From: Candidatus Aenigmatarchaeota archaeon
GTDB taxonomy: Archaea > Aenigmatarchaeota > Aenigmatarchaeia > JACPZZ01
Assembly: GCA_043801595.1 (NCBI GenBank)
Contig: JAZDLW010000019.1
Span: forward strand, 43,094-107,093
DNA length: 64,000 nt
Direction: 5' to 3'
The position numbers and the translations under genes were made by a program. Below, one piece after another: positions 47,748 through 57,040 of the stretch. The number at the start of each line of letters is the position of its first letter. Position 1 is the first letter of the stretch. Under the pieces are notes generated by a model. That model was not told where the DNA came from. It worked only from the letters and a program-made list of their open reading frames with translations, and did not search any database.

Positions 47748-50018
47748 ATGTCTGGTTTCAAGTTTTCATCGAGAAAAGCGTCCAAACAATCATTCCGCAA
47801 GCGGCATCCGATTTTCTTCTGGGGTTCCCTCGTTATAGGTTTGGCTGTTTTTGTGTTTGCGTTGAGCATACCTTCAAACCATAATATTCAGTCTCAATCC
47901 AAAGCGTTCACAGCCATTGTTGCAAAGGGACCAATCGCAGGCGCCACTGTGAGCGTCTACGAATTGAAAGATGACGGGACCAGAGGAAATTTGCTCATTG
48001 ATTCTATGATTTCAGACGCTTCCGGGAGCGTAGACTTCTCTATACTCAAGGAACTTCCCACCCGCTTACTCGTGGAGTCTTCCGGAGGAGCATATAGGGA
48101 TGAAGTTACCGGAGTGCAGGTGCAGTTATCCGGCAATGACGTGATTCATACAGTATTACCGGCAGGCATACGGCAGGCTGCGGTAACACCATTCACTGAT
48201 ATGGCAGCCTCTTTAGCAACGAAATGGATGCAGCAGGGAATTCCGGCAGGCGATGCGGTGACGCAGGCGAACATTGCAGTTGCCCAGCAATATCAGCTCC
48301 AGAGCATTCTTGAGATTGTGCCAGTTGCTGCGAACGACCCGAGCGCAATGAAAGCGGCAAATCTGGATGCGAGAAAATACAGCGCGCTTCTGGCAGGGCT
48401 AGACCAAGAGGCGAAGAACATGAATGTCCGTGCCATAGATCTTGCGCAAGCGCTTGCAAATGACTGGTCTGACGGGATTGTGGACGGCACAGCAAATGGA
48501 AATCCTATCACGGTCAATGATTTGTCTGGAAAGCCTGTACAAATAACCGCGAAAACAGGCCTTGACGATCTTCAAACCGCTGCCAACACTTTCCTTGCCG
48601 GCGCGAATGATGCAACAAAACTCAAGAAGATGGATATTTCATTGAATCCTGTCAGGGCAGATACAACATTTGCCATTACTACAACAGCGCTTCCTGTCTG
48701 GGAATCCGGCAAAGCCGGCGCATTTACAATTACAGCAAGCGGCGGAAAACCGCCTTATGTCTGGACTCTGAGGCAGGGTTCGACGCTTCCGAACGGATTT
48801 ACGCTGAGCAGGGACGGGATTCTTTCAGGCAAGAGCACACTTTCTTTGGGAACAACAAAGAGCATCTCCCCGCCATTTGTCGTAATCGTGAGCGACTCAT
48901 CATCGCCGCCAAACACACGGGAAATCGAGTTGAGAATTACCATTGTCCAGTCTGCTCCGCAGCTCACACTCAGACCGGCCAAATGCATGGTTGGCAGAGC
49001 GTGCTCTGTGCAAGTCGCAACAGCAAGCGGCGGAACGCCTCCGTACTATTTCAAATCCGATACGTTCAGAGCCGGAGCTCCGCCTATGGGCATGATGATA
49101 GATTTGAACGGATATCTGACAGGCACAACCAGAGTACAAGGAACGCATACTTATGGAGTTTGTGTTGTGGATATGGTCGGTGCGTCGAGCTGCGACACGA
49201 CAGATGTGACCATAATCGAAGCAATTCCTGATGCCCAGATTGCCAATCTCACAGTGTTCTGGGCTGGCACAGGAAGCGGTTCGATAGGTTGGAATCCGGG
49301 CAGCATTGTGCAAAAGGACTGCGGAACCACTGACAGCGGAATTTATTGGTGTGTCCTGCCCTACAAACTTGGCACCAAAGTCACACTTACGAATGAACCG
49401 AACGACGAATCCACATTCGACAGCTGGTCCGGAGAATGCTCCGGAACCGATTGTTCTGTCACAATGGATAAAGATAAAACTGTAGTCGCAAATTTCGCAA
49501 GCAAGTCTGAAACATGGACCGGAAAGATTATTGGCACATTCCTTGAGGAGGGCTGTGCTTGGTGCGAGAAGGGAACTCTCGGCATCAACCTTGATGTGAG
49601 TATGACATTTTCAGATAGTTTGGTTGCTGCACTGAGAGGCAATAGCAGTGACCAGTATTATTCCCCCGCCAACGGCTACGGATACGTCAGCGGAACCTCA
49701 AGTTCGGCAACAGCACCAGTATCAAATACGAAGGATTGCACGTGTCAAATTACCGGCGGAAGCGTTACCAACATTCCGGTAGATGTCAGCGGCTACAGGG
49801 GCGAAGGAAAAAGCACGATTTCGATTTACTCAAGCAACACCACATATTCCATAGCTTTGGGCGGGCTTACCCACAATTGCCCGAATGATTTTCTGACACA
49901 TCCCGTATCGGAATATGGGGTTACATTGGTGCCCACGTCCATCACAAATACAGTAATTAAGGGGAATTTGGACGACGATAAAGACCATTCCGGCACATTC
50001 ACGCTTACAAAGAAATAG
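47748..50018 (+). CDS. Membrane-anchored putative-Ig-domain surface protein
   Basis: N-terminal TM; ASGGKPPY/ASGGTPPY Ig repeats; FDSWSGECSG..C.VTM repeat-like module. Confidence 0.8.
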   Translation: MSGFKFSSRKASKQSFRKRHPIFFWGSLVIGLAVFVFALSIPSNHNIQSQSKAFTAIVAKGPIAGATVSVYELKDDGTRGNLLIDSMISDASGSVDFSILKELPTRLLVESSGGAYRDEVTGVQVQLSGNDVIHTVLPAGIRQAAVTPFTDMAASLATKWMQQGIPAGDAVTQANIAVAQQYQLQSILEIVPVAANDPSAMKAANLDARKYSALLAGLDQEAKNMNVRAIDLAQALANDWSDGIVDGTANGNPITVNDLSGKPVQITAKTGLDDLQTAANTFLAGANDATKLKKMDISLNPVRADTTFAITTTALPVWESGKAGAFTITASGGKPPYVWTLRQGSTLPNGFTLSRDGILSGKSTLSLGTTKSISPPFVVIVSDSSSPPNTREIELRITIVQSAPQLTLRPAKCMVGRACSVQVATASGGTPPYYFKSDTFRAGAPPMGMMIDLNGYLTGTTRVQGTHTYGVCVVDMVGASSCDTTDVTIIEAIPDAQIANLTVFWAGTGSGSIGWNPGSIVQKDCGTTDSGIYWCVLPYKLGTKVTLTNEPNDESTFDSWSGECSGTDCSVTMDKDKTVVANFASKSETWTGKIIGTFLEEGCAWCEKGTLGINLDVSMTFSDSLVAALRGNSSDQYYSPANGYGYVSGTSSSATAPVSNTKDCTCQITGGSVTNIPVDVSGYRGEGKSTISIYSSNTTYSIALGGLTHNCPNDFLTHPVSEYGVTLVPTSITNTVIKGNLDDDKDHSGTFTLTKK

Positions 50019-50066
50019 AATACTGTCAGAATTTTTCAGGGAAATATGCGTTAGCAAGATAGAGCA

Positions 50067-50324
50067 CTAACCTTTCTTGACAAGTTCGCTTTTTAGTTTT
50101 TCCAAAAGAACTGGATCTAGTTTTATCTTAGAACATTCAGCTTGGTTGATTATGTAGCCAAGCATTTCCTTTGTCGGGTTGAAAAACTTTAACCTTTGCT
50201 CCAGATATCTTATCTGCTTTTCAAGTTTGGTAGGTTCAACGTTTTTGACATTTTTGATTTCAGCGTTGATTCTACTCAGCATTTCTATGAGTTTTTTAAC
50301 ATCCCCAGGTTCATAAGTTTCCAT
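50067..50324 (-). CDS. Hypothetical protein
   Basis: 85-aa AT-rich ORF with ATG after TATA-like site. Confidence 0.5.
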   Translation of the reverse strand: METYEPGDVKKLIEMLSRINAEIKNVKNVEPTKLEKQIRYLEQRLKFFNPTKEMLGYIINQAECSKIKLDPVLLEKLKSELVKKG

Positions 50325-50704
50325 GATATTATCTTTATTTTTTAAAATTATTAAAGTTTTTACGTAATAAGGTAATTTTTATGGCTTCAAAATCCATTCC
50401 ATATTACCCAATGGGGAAACCGTGATTTGAACACGGGTCACCGACTAATTCTAAATCTTTCTTTCCCTTAAGGCTTTCTTGTTGAAAGAAAGGCTTACCC
50501 GAAGCCGGTATCTTAGACCAGGCTGGACCATTTCCCCCAAACTTTCTTACAAAGAAAGTTTGATCAAAGAAGGAAAGTTTGTTGTGCAATGATTTACCTT
50601 TCTCCTCTTTCTTTATTTCTGTCAACTATAAGTATTAAACCACGCTATACTTTTGTTCGCTGCGAATGATCGCGTATTTATTAGGATTATAACGAGGTTA
50701 AATT

Positions 50705-51592
50705 ATGCTTAACGCCGGCAGAATGTTCAGTGTGTTTGCACTTGTAACGATCGTACTGGCAGGCATGTTTCCGATAATCGCAGCTGCGGATACTGTCAAT
50801 TCAAATGCGAACAGCGTAGGCATATCCTTTGATATCAACGCGGACAATTCGGTGAAACAGACAACGAAATTCCATTTCAACAGTTCTGTGGCGAATAATT
50901 CCATAAACTATACGCTAAGCGGACCTGTCAGGGACATAAGCGTCATTGACGACAGCGGAAACAGTCTCGCATACAGGCTTCTGGTGCAGAACAACGGCTC
51001 GATCCTGGAAATCTTCCTGGAAGGAGCGACGAGCACTCTTACACTCGGCTATACGGCCGATAACGTGATATTTCACAGCGGCACGATAAGCCACTTCTTT
51101 ACAGAGTTTTCCTTTGAAAGGACGCTTTACAACGTGAGCGTGCAGGTGGCGTTGCCTCCGGGCTATGCCATATACCAGAACGATTACAGTCCTATGGGAG
51201 CGAGCATTGTTTCAGATGGTTCACGAATAATCCTATTGTGGAATGGAAACAATGTCGGCGGTCCGATCCTTTTCTCGGTGAAGTTTACTGGTGCCGGTCA
51301 GGGCAGCGTTATTTTGATTGCGTTCGTTGTTGCGCTGATCGCGATAATCATGGCGCTTTACATTTATTTCAAACGAAAAACAAAGGAAGAGTTTATGAAA
51401 GGATTCAGGGAGGATGAGCGTAAAACGATAACGTTCATACAGGCCAGGAAGACCGCTTTGCAGAGCGACCTGCAGAATGAATTCGGATTCTCGCGCGCCA
51501 AATCCACGCGGATAGTTTCGAGGCTGGAGAGCGAAGGCTACATTAAAAAACAAAGACACGGAAGAACGAACAAACTTTTCTGGCTAAAGTAA
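50705..51592 (+). CDS. Membrane-anchored regulator (extracellular domain, TM, C-terminal wHTH; COG2512-like)
   Basis: Signal peptide, TM, then LQSDLQNEFGFSRAKSTRIVSRLESEGYIKKQRHGRTN. Confidence 0.85.
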   Translation: MLNAGRMFSVFALVTIVLAGMFPIIAAADTVNSNANSVGISFDINADNSVKQTTKFHFNSSVANNSINYTLSGPVRDISVIDDSGNSLAYRLLVQNNGSILEIFLEGATSTLTLGYTADNVIFHSGTISHFFTEFSFERTLYNVSVQVALPPGYAIYQNDYSPMGASIVSDGSRIILLWNGNNVGGPILFSVKFTGAGQGSVILIAFVVALIAIIMALYIYFKRKTKEEFMKGFREDERKTITFIQARKTALQSDLQNEFGFSRAKSTRIVSRLESEGYIKKQRHGRTNKLFWLK

Positions 51593-51724
51593 TTTTTTCG
51601 TAAAACTATTTTCTGATAACCGTTTCACGACTGTTTCAGCACACCAATTAGTAGCTGAAACGGACTAAAACTGCTTGTAAGAAAAGGGCGCGAAAAGACG
51701 CCCTTTGTGTGGGGTGCATACAAT

Positions 51725-52252
51725 ATGAAAGTTTGGAAAAAAGGAGTGCTTGTGGCATTTGTATTGGTTTTGCCATTGGCTGTAGCTGCGGAGGCGCAAA
51801 GGACCTCTGAAAACAGTATGGGAGAATATACGGAAAGGTACATGAACAATGTGCCTTCTGAAAATATGAACCGTATGATGTCCGGCGGAAACCGAACATA
51901 CGACCATGATGTAGACGACGACAATGAAACGGACGACGAGGACCAGAAACCACGCATGTCGTTCCACGGCATGGGAAACGGGATTAACGGGCTTGTTAAC
52001 GGGTTGGGACACGTCAACATGACATCCGAGAAGATGGGAAAGATGATAGCCAACAGGCTCGGGTTCAAAAACGCAACCGTTACGACGAAAACCGTGGACA
52101 ACGCAACATTTTACGTTGTTTCGGGAATTGACATTCGCAAAGCGAATGATCGGTTCCTCAATAAAACCTTTGAAGCGTGGTTTGACGTTTCGACCGGAAA
52201 GCTGATCTCGTTTGACATTAACATGCATGCGACACTCATCGAGGATCAGTAA
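51725..52252 (+). CDS. Secreted hypothetical protein
   Basis: Signal peptide; Met/Gly-rich and acidic segments; PepSY-like C-terminus. Confidence 0.65.
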   Translation: MKVWKKGVLVAFVLVLPLAVAAEAQRTSENSMGEYTERYMNNVPSENMNRMMSGGNRTYDHDVDDDNETDDEDQKPRMSFHGMGNGINGLVNGLGHVNMTSEKMGKMIANRLGFKNATVTTKTVDNATFYVVSGIDIRKANDRFLNKTFEAWFDVSTGKLISFDINMHATLIEDQ

Positions 52253-52501
52253 TGATCTGCGGAACATACAGCAGATGCTAAGGTGGCTGCCAACTAAAAG
52301 GCCGCATGGGAAATCAATAATTTCCTATGCACGAGTTGTTATACAACTCGTTGCCTAGCGAAAAAGGAGGTATGAAACAACAAACGGTCTGATGACCGCC
52401 AGGCGGGCAGGGTAGCGTAGTCCAAGCCTGAGATAGCGAGATAAATGCCCGCCTGGGTAATATTATTAGTATCAACGGTCTAAACGAAAAAGAGGGACAA
52501 G

Positions 52502-53422
52502 ATGAAAAAACAAGTGATTTTATTCGCGCAGATAATCGCACTTGTGATTATTCCGTGCGCTGCGTACGGTCAGCTGGGATCGCAATCGTTTCCCGCGGTT
52601 AATTTCAGCGATAACACTGTCACAGCTGCAGAGATTTCCGTAATGGAAACAGAGATGTCGCAACCCGGTCTTCTTCCGGATAATCCAATGTACATATTCA
52701 AAAGGTTCGGTGAGGCTGTGCAAATGACATTGACGTTCGATCCCAAGAAAAAAGCCGAGTTACATCTCGAGTTTGCCAAGAATCGTCTTGCCGAAGCAAA
52801 AAAAATGATAGATAACAACAAGACAACAGAGGCAAAAAATGCTGTCGAGGATTACAGCAAAGAGATTGACGATTTTGAGAACGTTTCCAGCGGTATAGGA
52901 AGGAACGTTTCCTCTTTCATAAAGGCGAACGACAATCTGCTTGTCAAGAGCACGTTCGTGCTTGGTATGGTTTACGACAAAGTTCCGGATGAAGCGAAAC
53001 CGGCAATAGAAAACGCGCTGAACAATTCCATTGAGCATATTGTAAGGGCGACGGAAAGGGTTGAAAACAAAACAGATAAAAATTACACAGAAGCTATTGA
53101 AGCAGTGATTGAAAGGGAATATACCAGGAGCATGCAGTTCAGGCACAGCGAAAACCTGGCAACCGTAAACGCGACAATTGTTGGCGAGCATCGTGACAAC
53201 GAAGCCGGCGATAAAAAGCACTGGGACATAACAAGCGTGAAAGGAGGCGGCGTGCATGACAGCACAGCGTCCGTTTCAATAAACAAAGCGAATACGGTTG
53301 TTGAAAACGGGACAACAGGCAAAACTGTTGTTAATGCTTTGGTTCGTGTCGATAACAGCGAAAAAACCCAAACTGCTGTGCGTGTGACAACGGCAAGTTC
53401 AAGCAGCGGGAAAGTCGTTTAA
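52502..53422 (+). CDS. DUF5667-like secreted protein
   Basis: PGLLPDNPMYIFKRFGE...KAELHLEFAKNRLAE, VPDEAKPAIENA. Confidence 0.8.
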   Translation: MKKQVILFAQIIALVIIPCAAYGQLGSQSFPAVNFSDNTVTAAEISVMETEMSQPGLLPDNPMYIFKRFGEAVQMTLTFDPKKKAELHLEFAKNRLAEAKKMIDNNKTTEAKNAVEDYSKEIDDFENVSSGIGRNVSSFIKANDNLLVKSTFVLGMVYDKVPDEAKPAIENALNNSIEHIVRATERVENKTDKNYTEAIEAVIEREYTRSMQFRHSENLATVNATIVGEHRDNEAGDKKHWDITSVKGGGVHDSTASVSINKANTVVENGTTGKTVVNALVRVDNSEKTQTAVRVTTASSSSGKVV

Positions 53423-53427
53423 TACTG

Positions 53428-54543
53428 TCACAGTTTTAATTCCTGATATTTGATCCCAAGCGCGTCGGCTACTTTTTTGTTTGTCAGCTTTCCGTCGTAC
53501 GTGTTTATTCCTTTCCTTATAGATTCGTCGGCCTTCGTAGCTTTGTCAATGCCCTGCGTTGCTATTTTCAAAAGATACGGGAATGTCGCGTTTGTCAGTG
53601 CGAGCGTTGATGTGTTCGGAACAGCTCCGGGCATGTTGGTAACGCAGTAATGCGTTACGCCTTCCTCCACATAAACAGGATTATCGTGGCTCGTTGGCTT
53701 CGACGTCTCGAAACAGCCACCCTGGTCTATCGCGACATCGACGATTACGGAACCACGCCTCATTTTTTTGACCGTGTCCCTTGTCACAAGTTTCGGAGTT
53801 TTTGCGCCTGTGATATAAACGGCGCCGATCGCCAAATCGGATTCTGCGATTGAACGGTCGATGTTGTGCGCGTTTGAGAACAGGGTTTTAATGCGGCCGT
53901 TGAACAGGTCGTCGATATTGCGCAGCTGGCCGGGATTGCGCCCGATAATCGTTACGTTTGCACCCACACCTGCAGCGGTTTTCGCAGCGTTTATTCCGAC
54001 AATGCCGGTTCCTATCACAGTCACGTTTGACGGCGCAACGCCCGGAACGCCCTGCAATAATTTTCCGGAACCGTTGTACGTTTTTTCAAGATAATGCATT
54101 CCTACCTGGACTGCCATGCGGCCAGCAACTTCGCTCATCGGGGCGAGCAACGGCACGGATCCGTCGGGAAGTTCGATTGTCTCGTAAGCGATTGCCGTAA
54201 CTTTTTTATCGAGAAGCGTTTTTGTGACTTCGCGCTCTGCGGCTAAATGCAGATACGTGAATAATACCTGTTTTTCCCTGAGCAACGGGAATTCCGATTT
54301 TTGCGGTTCTTTTACCTTTACTATGATACCGGCCTTCGCGTATACATCTTTGGCGGTTTTCACGATTTTGGCGCCGTTGCTTTCGTAATCCTTGTCTGAA
54401 AATCCGGAATTTACGCCGGCGTTTGTTTCAACCAGAACTTCGCAGCCTTGTTTAACAAGTTCGTTCGCGCCATGCGGCGTCAAACCGACGCGGTTCTCGC
54501 CGATTTTGATTTCCTTTACAACGCCGATAACTGTTTTAACCAT
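53428..54543 (-). CDS. ald: Alanine dehydrogenase (bacterial type)
   Basis: KEIKIGENRVGLTP, VKVKEP, FTYLHLAA, PMSEVAGR, DVAIDQGG, NMPGAVP. Confidence 0.96.
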   Translation of the reverse strand: MVKTVIGVVKEIKIGENRVGLTPHGANELVKQGCEVLVETNAGVNSGFSDKDYESNGAKIVKTAKDVYAKAGIIVKVKEPQKSEFPLLREKQVLFTYLHLAAEREVTKTLLDKKVTAIAYETIELPDGSVPLLAPMSEVAGRMAVQVGMHYLEKTYNGSGKLLQGVPGVAPSNVTVIGTGIVGINAAKTAAGVGANVTIIGRNPGQLRNIDDLFNGRIKTLFSNAHNIDRSIAESDLAIGAVYITGAKTPKLVTRDTVKKMRRGSVIVDVAIDQGGCFETSKPTSHDNPVYVEEGVTHYCVTNMPGAVPNTSTLALTNATFPYLLKIATQGIDKATKADESIRKGINTYDGKLTNKKVADALGIKYQELKL

Positions 54544-54626
54544 TTTATCTAATTGCATTCCGTTTTAAATAACAGCGGCTGTCCGCTATTAATTAAATAC
54601 CTTAAATCATTATACGAGGTAATAAT

Positions 54627-55490
54627 ATGCCGGTAAACGCAGGATACGAATATTTCGCGGCGCATAAAAAATACGAGGCCGCGAAAACGACTGAAGAGAA
54701 AATAGCGGCGCTAGAGGAACTCATACGCGCATTGCCGAAACACAAGGGCGCGGAAAACGTATTGGCGCAGCTTAAGACGAAGCTGTCAAAGCTGAAGTCG
54801 CAGAGGTTTGCTACGAAAAAAAGATCCGGGCGGACTGTTGCGATTGAAAAAGAAGGCGCTGCGCAGGCGTGCATAATCGGTTTCGCATCGTCGGGAAAGT
54901 CCGAATTGTTAAGATCGTTAACGGGCGTCGGCGAGCCGAGCCCGCACCCGTATTCGACGAAGAATCCGCGGGTTGGGATGATGTTATACGAAGGCGTGCA
55001 GATACAGGTCGTGGAAATACCGTCGCGGATGTCGCCCGAACTTTTATCAATAGCGCACAACACCGACGAGGTTGTAATGATCTATGACGCAACCAAGCCG
55101 GAGGATATTGCGAAATTAACCGCCATTGCCGAGCGGGAGGACCTGAAAAACCTGATATGGGCGGCGAATAATATTTCCGGAAATAAAACACATGGCCTTG
55201 TCATCAATGCGAAGACGGGCAGAAATATTTCCGAGTTAAAAAGATTGATGTGGGAGCGGTTAAAACTTGTCAGGATTTACACAAAGATAATCGGAAAGAA
55301 AGCGGAGACAAAACCGTTGACACTGCCTGCTGGATCAACGATAAGGGATGTTGCGTTAAACGTCCATAAGGACTTCCTGAAGAATTTCAAATTCGCCAGA
55401 GTCTGGGGATCAGGAAGGTTTCCAGGCGCACAGATCGGGCTTGAGCATATTGTAAAGGATAAGGATATTGTGGAGATACACGTCAGCTGA
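54627..55490 (+). CDS. DRG/OBG-like GTP-binding protein with TGS domain (degenerate G3/G4)
   Basis: MPVNA, PKHKG, GFASSGKS, YSTKNP, VHKDF..FKFARVWG...VEIH. Confidence 0.85.
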   Translation: MPVNAGYEYFAAHKKYEAAKTTEEKIAALEELIRALPKHKGAENVLAQLKTKLSKLKSQRFATKKRSGRTVAIEKEGAAQACIIGFASSGKSELLRSLTGVGEPSPHPYSTKNPRVGMMLYEGVQIQVVEIPSRMSPELLSIAHNTDEVVMIYDATKPEDIAKLTAIAEREDLKNLIWAANNISGNKTHGLVINAKTGRNISELKRLMWERLKLVRIYTKIIGKKAETKPLTLPAGSTIRDVALNVHKDFLKNFKFARVWGSGRFPGAQIGLEHIVKDKDIVEIHVS

Positions 55491-55610
55491 TTATTCGTCC
55501 CCGTTGCCCGAATCGCCGCTGTCATTCATCAGAGTCATCCGCTTGTGATTCCAGTCTGTTAATCACAGTACTAAAAGCGCAATATCTTCGGAACTACGGT
55601 GTACCCAAAA

Positions 55611-55889
55611 TTAAAATTTCTGCTTCATTGCCCAGTTCCAGACTGCTGCAAAGGCGTAACCAAACACATACCCAAAAACAAATGTCAGAATTACCAGCAA
55701 AACCGCGTTGCCAAGATTGAACGGCAATAGCGCGTAGAATGGTTTCAAGTGATGAAGCGTGAACACCCAATCAAGAAAACTTTGAAACGACCCGGGAATG
55801 ACCGCAACTATTACTGACCAGACCACATGCAACAATGCAACAAAAGTCGCCAAAACCAAGCCTGTTTTGCTTTCATTTAACTGCTTCAT
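55611..55889 (-). CDS. Small membrane protein
   Basis: Two TMs, LHVVWS..DWVFTLH..FAAVWN. Confidence 0.7.
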   Translation of the reverse strand: MKQLNESKTGLVLATFVALLHVVWSVIVAVIPGSFQSFLDWVFTLHHLKPFYALLPFNLGNAVLLVILTFVFGYVFGYAFAAVWNWAMKQKF

Positions 55890-56136
55890 AATACCATTTG
55901 TGAATTGCCTTTATTTATAATTATCGAATTGTCCGGCGTTGCGACTAAAGTCTGATTTGTGATTTAAGTCGGACGGGTGTAAGTTTAGTACGTCTTTTGA
56001 CGTCTTTTGACGTATTTTGATCATAGGTTGATCTTATAAATCTGTGATATTATTCTAGTCTAGACATATGGAAAGTTTCTTTTCTAAGAGGAATTTTTTA
56101 TGTGTCAAATATAGGAAAAAAGGGTGAATAAGGAAA

Positions 56137-56289
56137 ATGGCATTTGGTGAACGCAATTTCGGCGGTCCCAGAGAGATGCACAAGGTAACTTGCGCTGACT
56201 GTGGGAACGAGTCTGAAGTACCTTTCAAACCAGACGGCAAAAGGCCCGTCTATTGTAGGGATTGCTTCAACAAGAGACGCGGAGCTTAA
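56137..56289 (+). CDS. CxxC-x17-CxxC zinc-ribbon protein, copy 2 (50 aa)
   Basis: 47/50 aa identical to 43110-43262. Confidence 0.9.
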   Translation: MAFGERNFGGPREMHKVTCADCGNESEVPFKPDGKRPVYCRDCFNKRRGA

Positions 56290-56444
56290 GTTTAAGCAAC
56301 ACGGTTCTTTGATTAAACTTTCTTGATAAGAAAGTTTGTAGGACAGTAGTTTGATTTTAGGGCTGTATTGCCCGATTAACTTTTATTTTTTTAATGCGGA
56401 TTGATTTTAACCAATTTAAATCCTTTCGTAAAGTGTGGCATGTA

Positions 56445-56927
56445 ATGGAATATCGGAAATTAAAGGTAGAAATGGGGCAAGGGGTAAAATGGGAAAACAC
56501 AGGGCTGATCTATACAGAAAAAATTGGAACTTGCATGGGGGTCAGTTTTTACAACCTGGCAACAAAAAAAGGAGCTTTGTGCCATATTGCAGGGTCTGAA
56601 GAATCTTCTATCGAAGCTTTACGCCGGATTGCAGACGAAGAGACGAGGAGACTTGGACCAGGCATTCATGCGTACTTTGTGAGCGGTTTTGCAACCAAAG
56701 ACAAGAATGCACAAAGAACAATACTGGAGTCCCGTGCAAAAGCGATGACTATTTTGGGAAAAAACAAAGCTGTAGAAAAATTTGAAGTAGATTTCTGCAA
56801 AACCCCGGGCGAGTACATAAGCTACTTTTCGTTGGACCTTTCTTCGGGCAATGTTTCTGTGAGAAAAGCAATGCTTTCAGAGTACGAACTAGAACTTTAT
56901 GACATGCTTGCGGACATGTTTGGATAA
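56445..56927 (+). CDS. CheD-like deamidase-fold protein
   Basis: VEMGQ...IYTEKIGTCMGVSFY...GALCHI resembles CheD LGSCV...GGLAH Cys-His pair. Confidence 0.55.
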   Translation: MEYRKLKVEMGQGVKWENTGLIYTEKIGTCMGVSFYNLATKKGALCHIAGSEESSIEALRRIADEETRRLGPGIHAYFVSGFATKDKNAQRTILESRAKAMTILGKNKAVEKFEVDFCKTPGEYISYFSLDLSSGNVSVRKAMLSEYELELYDMLADMFG

Positions 56928-56934
56928 CAATCCC

Positions 56935-57040
56935 GACTTCTTGGGCAGGAACGACTTTTAGGCACAAAGCCCCCCCGGCGTTGTAGGGGAAGTGGGTTAA
57001 ATTGACGTACATTAGCTACGGGACGATGACTTTAGGTACA
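56935..57040. repeat. Multi-box site A (GACTTTAGSWACA boxes around C7GGCG core)
   Basis: Boxes at 56935, 56953, inverted 56981, 57008, 57028. Confidence 0.75.

Noticed and set aside
50404..50625. 73-aa minus-strand ORF
   Set aside because: Non-ATG start, runs through a palindromic repeat, no recognisable features
52385..52490. Hammerhead ribozyme suggested by CTGATGA...GAAA
   Set aside because: Could not build stems I-III with GAAA adjacent to stem II and a UH cleavage site
121..55525. Numerous antisense and alternative-frame ORFs in the track (e.g. 3161-3796, 9654-10256, 23513-24154, 25981-26652, 44847-45458)
   Set aside because: Shadows of well-supported genes on the opposite strand, with no motifs of their own
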